A DNA stretch of 64,000 nt from IMG/VR virus record IMGVR_UViG_3300028833_000053; one strand, given 5' to 3'. The DNA comes from a virus. Taxonomy: Duplodnaviria > Caudoviricetes. The notes below the pieces were generated by a model. The model was not told the DNA's origin. It saw only the letters and a program-made list of their open reading frames with translations, and ran no database searches. A program made the translations under genes and the position numbers. Within the stretch, counting starts at the first letter, position 1, and every line of letters begins with the position of its first letter. Of the stretch, positions 44,501 to 54,895 are shown piece after piece.

Positions 44501-46304
44501 CTACATCAATATTGGCGGTTGCAAGTACGAGTTCATCTTGAACATATTGATGATATTCAACGCCAACACCGGACACTTTGAGGATGGCACCGAAATAATG
44601 CGCGTTGAAAAGGATATGGGAATGTCGTTCAAGTTCCCCAACGCCTACAGGACGGGATACGTGTTGAATGGTTGGTATGACGCTTCCACCGCCGGAACAA
44701 AGATAGGAATACCCGATGGACAGTATATCCCGGACAAGTCACGCACGGTGTTTGCGCATTGGGACCCGATTAGGTACTATGTCAACTACAATGGAAACGG
44801 GAATACATCTGGAACCATGTCGAAGTCCGAGCATTTCTATGACCGTACATTGAACCTTGCGGAAAATGGCTTTGCTAGGACATACACGGTGACGTTCAAC
44901 GCCAATGGCGGTGATTGTTCAACGTCGGAGGTCACGGCAACACGTCCATTCAAGGAATGGAGAACCAATGCCGATGGAACAGGGACGAAGTTGAACAACA
45001 GACATTCTGAAGTTGTCAATTTGACGGCAATCGAAAATGAAACGAAGGAAATCTACGCCCAGTGGAGCAATGCCACAATAACGTTGCCATCCGCTACAAA
45101 GGCAAACCACACATTTTCCGGTTGGTATGATGCATTGACGGAAGGACACAAGATTGGGGACGCTGATGCAACCTATACATATGCGCCAACAGCCAACAGC
45201 ACGTTGTATGCGCATTGGGATATAGTCAAGTATGGCATTACACTCAATGCCAATGGCGGAACCATAAATGGAAAACCCCAGGACGTTGTGCAGTATGGTC
45301 ATGGTTCAGAATTTGGAAATCCATTGCCTGAAAGGGATGGATACGTCTTTGATGGTTGGTATTCAGAAGCCACCGGTGGAACCAGAATAGAGCCTACAAC
45401 AAAGATAACCGAAGCTGGAACGTACTATGCGCATTGGATTGAACAGATAGTTGTGACATTCGACAAGAACACGCCTTACAACGTCTATACGGTAAAGGGT
45501 GATGGAAGTGTCGGAGCATATTATTTCGCAGATGGTATTGTGCCAAAATTGAATGATTGGAACGGCGTTACAAAAGTGATTATGCTAGATGGAATAACCG
45601 AAGTAGGAAGTGGCGCATTTGATTCTTGGCGAAATTATCCGACGCAACCAAAACCAAACTTGCAGGAAGTGGTTTTCCCATCAACACTTAAAATCATCAG
45701 AGAAAATGCTTTCAAGGAATGTGAAAACTTGACAAGTGTGACTATACCGAACAGTGTTACGAGCATCGGGAATTATGCGTTCAGTGGGTGTAAAAAGTTG
45801 ACGAACTTGGTAATTCCTGACAGTGTAACTTATATGGGGGAAGGTGCGTTCAATCTTTGCAGTGGCATTGAAAGTATTACAATAGGCAATGGCATTACCG
45901 AACTTTCCGATCATGTGTTCCATAGTTGTGGCATGATAACCGGAACATTGAACATTCCAGATGGAGTGACTACTATTGGAGTAGCTGCGTTGGCCGGGCT
46001 GGGCGTATCAAGAATAACGTTTGGCAGTGATTTGACAACAATTAAAGATTCGGCGTTTGACTATTGTAGCAATTGCAAGATATTTGATTTTAGAAAGGTG
46101 AAAACTGTTCCGTCCTATCTAAATGAGTCTTGCTTATTCTATAGAATACCAGACGATAAGAAGATTATAGTTCCCGATGAGTTGTATGATTCTTGGAGAA
46201 GTACAGAACCCTGGAACGCAACAACAGATTATTGGGATGGTAAGATACATAATCACCAACAATGCATCGTCAAGGCAAGTGAATCTTCACTTGGGAGTTT
46301 ATAA
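35547..46304 (+). CDS. Giant 3585-aa virion protein with C-terminal InlB B-type repeats and BspA-type leucine-rich repeats (11 TAG=Gln)
   Basis: Eight track ORFs share one frame, broken only by TAG at 35571, 35679, 36090, 37944, 38235, 38538, 42801, 42933, 43167, 43359 and 43998. Repeats F.ANGG...F.GWY...LYAHW and L..V.IP.SVTSIG.YAF.GC. GTAAATA at 35532-35538. Confidence 0.85.
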
Positions 46305-46350
46305 CACGCGGTTATTGCAACCGCATTGAAGAAACAAGAGGAAACAAACA

Positions 46351-47301
46351 ATGGAAAAAACAAAAAACATAAACTAGGAGTTGGTTTCAAAGTACAAGGT
46401 TGACAATACCTTGCTTGAATCCTACTTCAAGAACGCGAGGAACCAGGACATCACTGGCGTGGTGTTCCCTCTCCGCGTTGACAACAGACAATACTGCTCT
46501 CCTACGGACTATCAAGCGGACAAGCCATCTTGCTGTGGATATTCCACGGCGCAGATTTTGGAGTCCCTCAACTGGGCCGCAACCGGAAAGGTTGTTCAGT
46601 TTGACGCAGATCAAATCTACGCGAAGTCAAAGGAGACGGACAAGCAAATGGGCATCCAGGGAACTTATCCCGACCTTGCCTTGATGAAGGGGCTTGATCT
46701 CATCCCCAATGGAAACAAGAACTACGTTGTGAAATGCTCAACTTCAAAAGACGTGGCCGAATTGAAGCGCGTGATTCACCAGAACATGTTTGCGTCCGTG
46801 AACCTCATGGTCACTGACGACATCTATGGTTTGGACAGTTCCAATTTCGTGTACCAGGGCACTGGAAAGACTGTTGGCGGACATTCCATGGTGTGTTGTG
46901 GATATGATGAAAACTCCAAGGTGTTCATCATGCAGAACCACTGGGGAACCGAATGGGGATTGAAGGGATTTTTCCTCTGTCCTTATGACGTTTGGGAGAA
47001 ACAGAGCAACATCATTTGTTGGTATGAGAAGGTGGAAGCATCTTCAATCAAGCCAGAAGTCCGTGAGGTTGTGAAGGAGGTTGTAAAGGAAGTGGTGAAG
47101 GAAGTTGTGGTGGAGGCGAAACCAGAGCCAAAGAAGGAAGAGGTGAAGCCGGAACCAAAAAAGTCCGAACCAAAAAAGCCGCTGCACCCAAAGCAGGAGC
47201 CAAAAAAGGAAGAGGTGAAGCCGGAACCCCCAAAGGAAGAGCCAAAAAAAGAAGAACCTCCAAAAGAGGAACTTCCGAAGGAAGAACCGAAGAAGGAGTG
47301 A
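46351..47301 (+). CDS. Papain-like C1 cysteine peptidase with E/P/K-rich tail (TAG=Gln at codon 9)
   Basis: Q....SC, GGHSMVCCGYD, QNHWGTEWGLKGFF; GAGG RBS before ATG 46351; TAG at 46375-46377. Confidence 0.88.
47062..47298 (+). repeat. Coding low-complexity repeats (EVVK)n and (EPKKEE)n
   Basis: REVVKEVVKEVVKEVV followed by about seven imperfect EPKKEE units. Confidence 0.8.
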
Positions 47302-47310
47302 TTCACGAAT

Positions 47311-47356
47311 TGCAATGACTGGTTGAATCGTGGGTTCATTCAACCAGTTGTTGCAT
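47311..47356. terminator. Long hairpin, possible terminator or processing site
   Basis: TGCAATGACTGGTTGAAT...ATTCAACCAGTTGTTGCA. Confidence 0.55.
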
Positions 47357-47420
47357 GGAAACCGTTGGTGATTTAGTAAATAGTACTGCAATTTGAATAT
47401 CATACGAAGGTAAAACGAAC

Positions 47421-50400
47421 ATGAGAATAATTATTGACAAGGACATTGCTGAAGTCCAGCTTCTTCAGGAAGCCTACGAGAAGGACATGCCAACCTACAA
47501 AGTGAGGGCTGTCAACCAATATGACAAGTTTGTGTACGCAAAGGACTTGAAGAAAATCAACGAGGCTTGCGATGCCGTGTATGACATCGTGTTTGATCCT
47601 GCGTTTGATGATTGCCAACAGGAAATCGTGGAAGTGTGCGAGGGAAAGGAGCGCATCATCTGGTCATCCGACAACAAGACATTGGTACAGGAATCGGTGT
47701 GGCAGGAAGCTGAGAAAGCCCAGGGTGCTGGAAAGAAAGGTGCGCAACAGAAAAACGCCAAGACCGACTAGAACAAGGGCGGTTTCTGGGACAAGGTGAA
47801 GGGTGCGGCGAAGGCCGTTGGTGGTGCGCTTGGAAAGGCACTTGACGGTCTTAAGAAGGGACTTAACATTGTCGGAGCCATGACAAAGCAGTTCTCCAAG
47901 GACATGCTTACCAAGTGGAGAAACGCAGGTTACTTCAACAAGGAAGGACGCATTACGGGACTTGGTTACAAGGTGATGATTGGCGAGGTTGAGAATACGG
48001 TCCCCGTTGAAACTGAGGACAAGACAAATGACATTACCCAGGCATGGAAGGTTGCACAGTCCAATGTGGTGAATGCCCTTAAGAAGCAGGGCTTTACGAT
48101 AAATGGTGAAGTTCAGGCGATTGTGAAGAACGATAAAGACCCCATTACTCTTTCAGCGGATGTTACCGACAAAGATGGCAATGCCTCTTCAATTGAATTC
48201 AACCAGGATGGAACAATGGTTGATGGCGGCGCGCAGAACGCCCAAAACGCCGATGGTGGAAATGGCGGAGGAAACAATGGAGGCGGTGCCAATGGTGGTG
48301 GCAACGGCGGAGGAAACAATGGCGGAGGAAACAATGGCGGAGGAAACAATGGTGGTGGAAACAATGGTGGAGGTGATGCCGGTGGTGCAGCCAATACCCA
48401 GCAAATAACCCCCGACCAGGCACAGAAGAACCCAAAGGCCGCCCTTGGCAACCTTGCAACCCGTGTGGCAAACCTTGAACAGGCTGTTGGAATAAACGAA
48501 TCCACTTCCTACAATTGGAACTATGACAACCAGGTTAATACGAACCGCCAAGGACTTGAGCGCATGGTCATCAAGAGGTTCTTCAATGACTTGAACGATC
48601 CTGACGTGAAGGAAATCAAGTTTGTTTCAGAATCCGGCAAGGTGAAGGTATATGAAACCGCAAAGGGTTCTGAAGCCTATGCCGAGTTCAAGAAGGACTT
48701 TAGGGAAGCAACCGCAAACGCCACCGGCAAGTTTGCGCAGTACAAGGTGACCGTTGAATCAGGAACGAAGTCAAGGCTCAATGGCTACAAGTTCTCTTCA
48801 TTTGGACTTGACGACGACTTTGATTCCGAAAGCAAGACCATCATATTCAGGGAAAGCGTGAAGAAACTTGTTTCCCCTGATGATACCACTAAAAAAAAAG
48901 TTGAACCAACCAAGGTAAACGAATCCGAAGTCAAGATTCCGGAAGTCCCCAACAACACGGAGACTTGTGGCTTGACTTTGGAGCTTGACAAGAAAGACCC
49001 GCTTGAACAGGTGCAGGCTTTGCTTGCCTCCATGAACAAGTACAATGGAATTGAGAAAAAGACACCCGAGAACTATGACGGAACCATTGACACTGGCGTT
49101 TCCACATATCCAGATGTCCCGACTTTTGAGACACCAAAGAAGCAGGAACCATTGGAGGTTCCCGAACAGAAAACCCCAAAGGTTGAAACTCCGGAAGTTG
49201 TGAAGGAAGCCGAGGGGGACGATGATGGTGGCGGAGACGATGGTGGCGGAGAAGCTGACCCGTTTGGTGGTGGTGACGATGCAGGTGGCGGAGACGACGC
49301 CGGTGGTGGGGATGACCCATTTGGCGGCGGTGCCGATGGGGGTGGTGACGCCGGTGGAGATGCTGGCGGTGACGCAGGGGGAGGAGAAGCTGACCCGTTT
49401 GGGGGTGGTGACGGAGGAGATGCCGGTGGAGACGCAGGCGGAGACATGGGCGGTGACGCAGGTGGTGATGCGGGAGCCGAAGGTGGTGATGAAGCCGCCG
49501 GCGAACCTGCCCCGGAACCAGCCGTGAACACGGACGCACAGGGCAACCCACAGTCCCAATATAACATCAACATTACCGAGCCTTTCAACGCCGAGCAGGA
49601 TTTTACGTTGAACGAGGAAGAGCAAAAGGAGTTCTTTGGGAAGATTGACCAGTTGGTGAAGATTCCAGACATGGACAACTATTCCCTTTACCTCTATCAA
49701 ATAACGCCAGAGAACATGAACCTTGACGATGTTCATTACATCGAGGCTCTTTACCAACTCTCCGTGAAGTTGGGTCTGCTTGAGGACGTTTACGCCGATT
49801 CCAACTTGCTTGAGAAGTACAATTCCTATAAGTATTCCGTTGTGAAGAATGGTGAGGGCGAAGATGCCACGCAGGGTGAGGATGCCTTGACCGTCCAGGA
49901 GCAGAAGACCCCAATTTGGCAGGGCAACAAGGTTCTGTCAGAAGCGAAGGAATCCGAGAAAAAGACCGTCAAGGACGACAACGAAGAGAAGAACAAGGAT
50001 TCCAAGAAAGCGGGAACTTCCGAGAAGGACGATGAACGCCGTGGTGCAAAGGACATGAAACTTGACCTTGACAAGAACGGTGCGCCAAAGCCCGTTGTGA
50101 TTGACACAACGAAGGAAGGTTGGGATTCCCTGAATGGCAAGGAACATGGCAAGTTGGTGGACTCCACGGTTGAGGGCGATTTCCACGGGCTGGGTTGGCT
50201 TGTGACGTTCAAGGCTATGCAATTCGGCTCCCCAAGGTACATGACAATGTACATCAAGAGGAATGGCAACGAAAAGGCCGAGAAGCAGTGCGAAGAATAT
50301 CTCAAGAGACTTTCCTACTCCGAGATTGAGTTTGTGAAGATTGAGGAAATCGACCCATACGAGTACATGTACAGGCAAAGCTGCTCTGGAATGAAGACGC

Positions 50401-50957
50401 CCGAGGAAATCCAACAGGCTTCCGTTGTGAACAAGGACATTCCCTATCTTGAAAGTTCCGAACCGGATTCAGTTCCAAACGACATCAAGAGGGACATCAA
50501 GAAGGTCATAACGAAGCTCAACGCGGAAATCCGCAACACAAAGCAGTTCAACTTCATGAACGAAACTGGCGTGTTCAAGCCGCAGATTGACCCACACGAA
50601 TTCATGATGGGCTACAGGACGGCGAAGGTTGACGAGACCGTTTCGGAAACCACCTACAAGTTCGTGTTCAAGAAGAACGATTCCACGTTCTCCCGCATGT
50701 TCTATTCCAACTTGAAGGAAAAGCTGTTCAAGTACCTTGGCATTTTTGCCCAGAAGTTCGGTCTTGAATGTGGTTGCGAATCTACGCCAAAGGCAATCGT
50801 CATCGACTTCATCAGGTCAGACCTTGGAAATCCTGGATATGACCTTGAAGGAATGGTTGATACTGTGGAGGAACAGCCAGTTGAGACAGACAACAAGGAA
50901 GAGGCGTCCGTTGCGCCAACACTTGACCAGGCTATGGAAATGGCAAAGAAAATTTAA
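47421..50957 (+). CDS. Large multi-segment probable internal head protein (1178 aa, one TAG=Gln)
   Basis: Track ORFs 47421-47771 and 47796-50957 are joined through TAG 47769-47771; many xxE-S/A sites; Gly-rich tracts; GTAAATA at 47376-47382. Confidence 0.8.
48255..48374 (+). repeat. 15-bp coding tandem repeat (GGGNN)n
   Basis: GGCGGAGGAAACAAT units. Confidence 0.85.
49215..49495 (+). repeat. Coding Gly/Asp repeat (GGDA)n with three DPFGGG units
   Basis: GGDDGGGEADPFGGGDDAGGG... Confidence 0.85.
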
Positions 50958-50972
50958 TTGAGGTAAAACCAA

Positions 50973-51857
50973 ATGAAAAAACTTAACATAACGAGAAAAC
51001 ATTACATGGAAAGCAGTTATTTCCAGAGAAAGTACGGAAAGTTGGAGTATGTCTCCGAATCTGGAAAGTTGTTCAAAACAAACAAGGGTAAGGTCTTGAA
51101 GTTCAACGAGTCATCCTATGAAAGCCTGCAGGAGTTCTATGATTGGTTGAATAGAAACACCGAGTTGGACAGCGGAATCCATGTCAGGTATCACGACAAC
51201 GAAGATGGAACTGAATCCCTTGAAATGACGTTTGACGACAGGTTTGCCTGGGGAGACGATGTTGATGATGGAGTCATACCAAAGGAAGAGTCCGAGAATT
51301 ATCAGCATTGGCTTCAAATGTTCAAGTCCAAGGCAAAGGAGAATGGATGGGAATTCAAGAAGGACTATGACGATACCTATGACGAATATGTGCTAATCCT
51401 CATATCTGTTGGTTCACAGAATGATTATGATGAATCAGGTAAGAGGTTTGGCAACAAGTTCGTTGGTGAATCCGATGATGGACGTTGGTCCGAATATGGC
51501 GAGTTCCTGGGTCAGCTTCCAATGGATTGCATCGAGGACTGCTCACACAGTGGCAAGTGCGATTCCGAAGTCGAGTACTGGACAGACCAATTGCAGTTTG
51601 CCGATGGACTTCCCATTGACAAGGCTATTGAGTTCATTGCCGAATATGGCGCGTGGGGCCGTGAGGAACTTTCACAGAAATCCCCAGAGGAAATAGCCCA
51701 AATCGTTCTTTGGATTTTCTGTGGAAACCTGAAGGACGAGGCTTATCAGTTCATGCGCGATGGTGACAGCGAAGACTGGCCCGACCTTGAAGATTGGGAC
51801 GAGAAGGATTGGAGGCGGTTCCAAGAGGAGCAGTGCTTTCTTGGATTGAACAACTGA
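50973..51857 (+). CDS. MKKLNIT-leader family protein with two acidic cargo domains
   Basis: MKKLNITRKHYMESSYFQRKYGKLEYVSESGKLFKTNKGKVLKFNES; internal linker DESGKRFGNKFVGES. Confidence 0.85.
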   Translation: MKKLNITRKHYMESSYFQRKYGKLEYVSESGKLFKTNKGKVLKFNESSYESLQEFYDWLNRNTELDSGIHVRYHDNEDGTESLEMTFDDRFAWGDDVDDGVIPKEESENYQHWLQMFKSKAKENGWEFKKDYDDTYDEYVLILISVGSQNDYDESGKRFGNKFVGESDDGRWSEYGEFLGQLPMDCIEDCSHSGKCDSEVEYWTDQLQFADGLPIDKAIEFIAEYGAWGREELSQKSPEEIAQIVLWIFCGNLKDEAYQFMRDGDSEDWPDLEDWDEKDWRRFQEEQCFLGLNN

Positions 51858-51871
51858 CAGGAGGTATTGAC

Positions 51872-52117
51872 ATGACTGAAATCTATACTGTCATTGAGAA
51901 GGACTACACTGGTTTCCTTACATTGGATTCATTCTATACGTTTGATGCAGCCTGCAAATGGTGCGCCAACAAGGTGTGGGATGAATGGGGACGTGAGGAT
52001 GACGAAGAAGCCGTGAAGCAGGAAGTTTGTGAATCCCTTGGTGACACGGGAGAGTACATCGACGAAAGCAACAACCACTATACCATAAAGACTGGCAAGT
52101 TGTATGAGACAAATTGA
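51872..52117 (+). CDS. Hypothetical acidic protein
   Basis: AGGAGGT RBS before ATG 51872. Confidence 0.75.
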   Translation: MTEIYTVIEKDYTGFLTLDSFYTFDAACKWCANKVWDEWGREDDEEAVKQEVCESLGDTGEYIDESNNHYTIKTGKLYETN

Positions 52118-52147
52118 TTCTGCTTTTCAGGAAGCGGATTAAAACGC

Positions 52148-52185
52148 AACCGTGGATGCCACCCAGCACCCACGGTTCGTTGTTT
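52148..52185. terminator. Probable terminator between convergent genes
   Basis: AACCGTGG...CCACGGTT stem. Confidence 0.55.
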
Positions 52186-52232
52186 CTATTTTAGGTAATA
52201 ACAATTATCATTCACTTTTTAGGCATCTGCAA

Positions 52233-53288
52233 TTATACGCCGGAACCGGGAACAAAGTTGATGGTTTTCACTTTTAATAGAAAACCGAACAGTTGAGTTT
52301 CAGCATCAACCGAGTGTTCAATCTTGTAAAGGCGTTCAACCAAATCCATGAGGTCTTCACAGGGGATGTTGTAGTTGTCAACCAGGTGGTTGAAAATCTC
52401 CTCCGCCAAGCCATAGGGGTTGCAGAGTTTCGCAAGGTTGCCGTTGTTGCCAAACGAAATGACCTCGTTGTTGTATGCCTTGCGCATGTTCAACGGTGTG
52501 TCGCTTCCCTTCACCACGTTCAGGAACTGCGTCAAGGCGTTTTTTATGGCTTCCTTGTTGTTTATGGCAATGCTTTCAACGTCTAACTTTCCACCAACGC
52601 ACGCCGCCTGCAACTGTCCCACAACCGAACGCATGTCTGGATAATAGGACTTGATGAGGCTTCCGAGGAACTGCTTGGTCTTTGTTGCCTCGCTCACAAT
52701 CTCTATGTTTTCCTCCCCCATGATGTAGAGAAGGTTGGAAATCATTTCAGAGACGGAAAAACTCAATGTCTTTGGCGGCAGCCTTGAAGGGCAAATCGGA
52801 CCAAGTACGTTCTGTTGCAAGTTTGCCGTCCCAATGAACCTGCAGTCTGGATACGCCTCAATGACGTTGCGCAGTGCCTTTTGGAACGAGTTTGCCTGTG
52901 TTGCGGACGCAGAATCCAACTCGTCCAATATGATGAATTTCCTGCCCCTTGACGCGCTCTGGCAGAAGGGAATGATTTTGGACTGGATGGACTCCACTTT
53001 ACCTTCTCCAGATGCACAGGACACGAACAGGATGTCGGAGTTGGGCGACGAGTTCGCCAATATAAGGGCAAGGGTGGTCTTTCCTATTCCGGGTCCGCCA
53101 ATCAAGCATACGTTTTGGATGTCGTCTTCCTCTATCTGCCTTTGGAACATGGTTTTCAACTTCTCGTCAAGGCAAAAATGCTCCAGGCTCTTGGGGCGGT
53201 ATTTAGTCACCCAGAGTCCAGCTTCCCTAGTTGGGGCAAATTCACCGGAACCGTTGTTTTCAAGTATGTCTTCCTCAAAGTCAATCAT
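52233..53288 (-). CDS. gp44: Clamp loader AAA+ subunit, T4 gp44/RFC-like
   Basis: WVTKYRP, GGPGIGKTT, LDELD, QKALR..IE, SR, YPDMR. Confidence 0.93.
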   Translation of the reverse strand: MIDFEEDILENNGSGEFAPTREAGLWVTKYRPKSLEHFCLDEKLKTMFQRQIEEDDIQNVCLIGGPGIGKTTLALILANSSPNSDILFVSCASGEGKVESIQSKIIPFCQSASRGRKFIILDELDSASATQANSFQKALRNVIEAYPDCRFIGTANLQQNVLGPICPSRLPPKTLSFSVSEMISNLLYIMGEENIEIVSEATKTKQFLGSLIKSYYPDMRSVVGQLQAACVGGKLDVESIAINNKEAIKNALTQFLNVVKGSDTPLNMRKAYNNEVISFGNNGNLAKLCNPYGLAEEIFNHLVDNYNIPCEDLMDLVERLYKIEHSVDAETQLFGFLLKVKTINFVPGSGV

Positions 53289-53351
53289 AATGTTCTCCAG
53301 TACTCCAAATTATACCCCAACAAGCCACATTTGTAAATATCCAAAACCCCA

Positions 53352-53380
53352 TTGACATTACCATCGGGTTTTGCTATACT
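53352..53380 (+). promoter_or_regulatory. Sigma70-type early promoter
   Basis: TTGACA-17 nt-TATACT. Confidence 0.85.
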
Positions 53381-53407
53381 GTTCGCTGTCAAGGAGAAGT
53401 AAGGCAA

Positions 53408-54505
53408 ATGAACTACGATTCCACAATTTCGCTGAAAGTCAATTTGTCCCGTGTGTTGGACGAGTTGATAATGGACGGCACTGAGCTGGAAACCATAGTG
53501 CAGTTCCTCAAATCCCATGAGAACGATATACCAGACATCTACGCCCATTCAGCCCTTGTGTATGATCTCTATGACCTTATCGCGCATCCTTTCAGGTTTG
53601 ACTCCTTCCTTTACAAGCACGTCAATGATCTGCCAACGGTGGAGTTTTGCTTTGCCGTGAATTCCCTTGCAACCTTGTGGATTGAGGATGACGTTCATTT
53701 CGGCGACACCCGCGAGTTGCAGAGGCGTTTCCACGGGACGGTTGAACTTGTGCGCTTCATCCGAGCCGGGTGGAATGGCGCGTACAAGGATGGTGAGTTT
53801 CTGGCGTTGACGGGTAAATCCGACCTTGTGGAATACTTGAACAAGCAGGACGAGCGTTCTCTGCGCGACTTTCTTCTCCATTCCTACAATGCCAAGTCCG
53901 CGTTCCAGGCAGGTACTTTCATGCGCTTGAACCCAGGTACGCAGTATATGTTGCTGACCAACGTGGTGCGTTTTTGCTCCGTTGGAAGTGGCATCTACAA
54001 CAGTGCCCGCAGGTTCTCTTCGGAGGAAGTTGCCCGCCAGTGCTATGTGGTGGCAGACCTTGTGCGTTCCTTGATGAAGCAGCTTTTGGCGTTGAACAAC
54101 ACCGAGCTTTTCAACTGGGTTGTGGACGTGTTGGGTTTTGGGCAGGAGAATTCCGACTACATCTACAAGTTTGACCGCCTTGAAAGCAACCTGCGCGATT
54201 CCATTCTTTCCACCATTCCCAAAAGCCTTGTGGAGCGTCTGCCGTCCGCCGACGAATGGGGTTTCCGTCCCGATCCCGAAGGACGTACCACCTATGAGGA
54301 AATAGTGTTTGACATGAACCTCATCGAGACGCAGTTCGAGACCTATGACCTTTTCCTCTACATCTACCTTCTTGACAACTACCTCTTGAAGGGAATGAGG
54401 GACAACTTGGACTTGATGGAGTTCTTCAACCTTCCATTTGATTGGGACGAGTTGAAGAAATTGAAACCAGATTACAAGTTGAAGGTATATGGCGTAAATG
54501 ACTGA
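53408..54505 (+). CDS. Hypothetical early protein
   Basis: 365-aa ORF directly after an early promoter and RBS. Confidence 0.8.
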   Translation: MNYDSTISLKVNLSRVLDELIMDGTELETIVQFLKSHENDIPDIYAHSALVYDLYDLIAHPFRFDSFLYKHVNDLPTVEFCFAVNSLATLWIEDDVHFGDTRELQRRFHGTVELVRFIRAGWNGAYKDGEFLALTGKSDLVEYLNKQDERSLRDFLLHSYNAKSAFQAGTFMRLNPGTQYMLLTNVVRFCSVGSGIYNSARRFSSEEVARQCYVVADLVRSLMKQLLALNNTELFNWVVDVLGFGQENSDYIYKFDRLESNLRDSILSTIPKSLVERLPSADEWGFRPDPEGRTTYEEIVFDMNLIETQFETYDLFLYIYLLDNYLLKGMRDNLDLMEFFNLPFDWDELKKLKPDYKLKVYGVND

Positions 54506-54512
54506 AGGGTAC

Positions 54513-54541
54513 TTGACATTCCGAGCCGTATTTGATATACT
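54513..54541 (+). promoter_or_regulatory. Sigma70-type early promoter
   Basis: TTGACA-17 nt-TATACT. Confidence 0.85.
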
Positions 54542-54572
54542 GTAGGTGTCAAGAGAAAACAAGGAGCAGAAA

Positions 54573-54884
54573 ATGAAAAAGACCTACATTGTAGACTGGA
54601 CGAACAAGACCCGCCGGGGCTGGCGCGACTACCGCAAGGTGGTTGAGACGGACAACATCGCCGAGTACGTCAAGGAGAAGATGAAGTTGTACTTTGGCGT
54701 GGCTTGGGGAATGGGTATGTTCCGTTCCGCCACTGAGGTTGTCAAGGCCGACAGGTTTGGCTATGCCTGGAAGGAAGTCAAGGGTGGCGAGTATTGGTTC
54801 ACCCGCGACACGAGCATTGTTTCGGGAACCGTCAGCTGGGTGGCAAACTACTTCGACTACAAGTTGAAGGAATGGATGGTTTAA
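54573..54884 (+). CDS. Hypothetical early protein
   Basis: AAGGAG RBS before ATG 54573. Confidence 0.8.
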   Translation: MKKTYIVDWTNKTRRGWRDYRKVVETDNIAEYVKEKMKLYFGVAWGMGMFRSATEVVKADRFGYAWKEVKGGEYWFTRDTSIVSGTVSWVANYFDYKLKEWMV

Positions 54885-54895
54885 GGAGAACTGAA

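Noticed and set aside
35547-46304. Pseudogene decay or many small separate genes
   Set aside because: All breaks are TAG, none is a frameshift or TAA/TGA, and the fragments mostly lack RBS-led ATG starts.
43464-46304. Diversity-generating retroelement target
   Set aside because: No reverse transcriptase and no adenine-specific template/variable repeat pair seen in the window.
48255-49495. CRISPR array or non-coding repeat
   Set aside because: The repeats are in-frame Gly-rich coding units without unique spacers.
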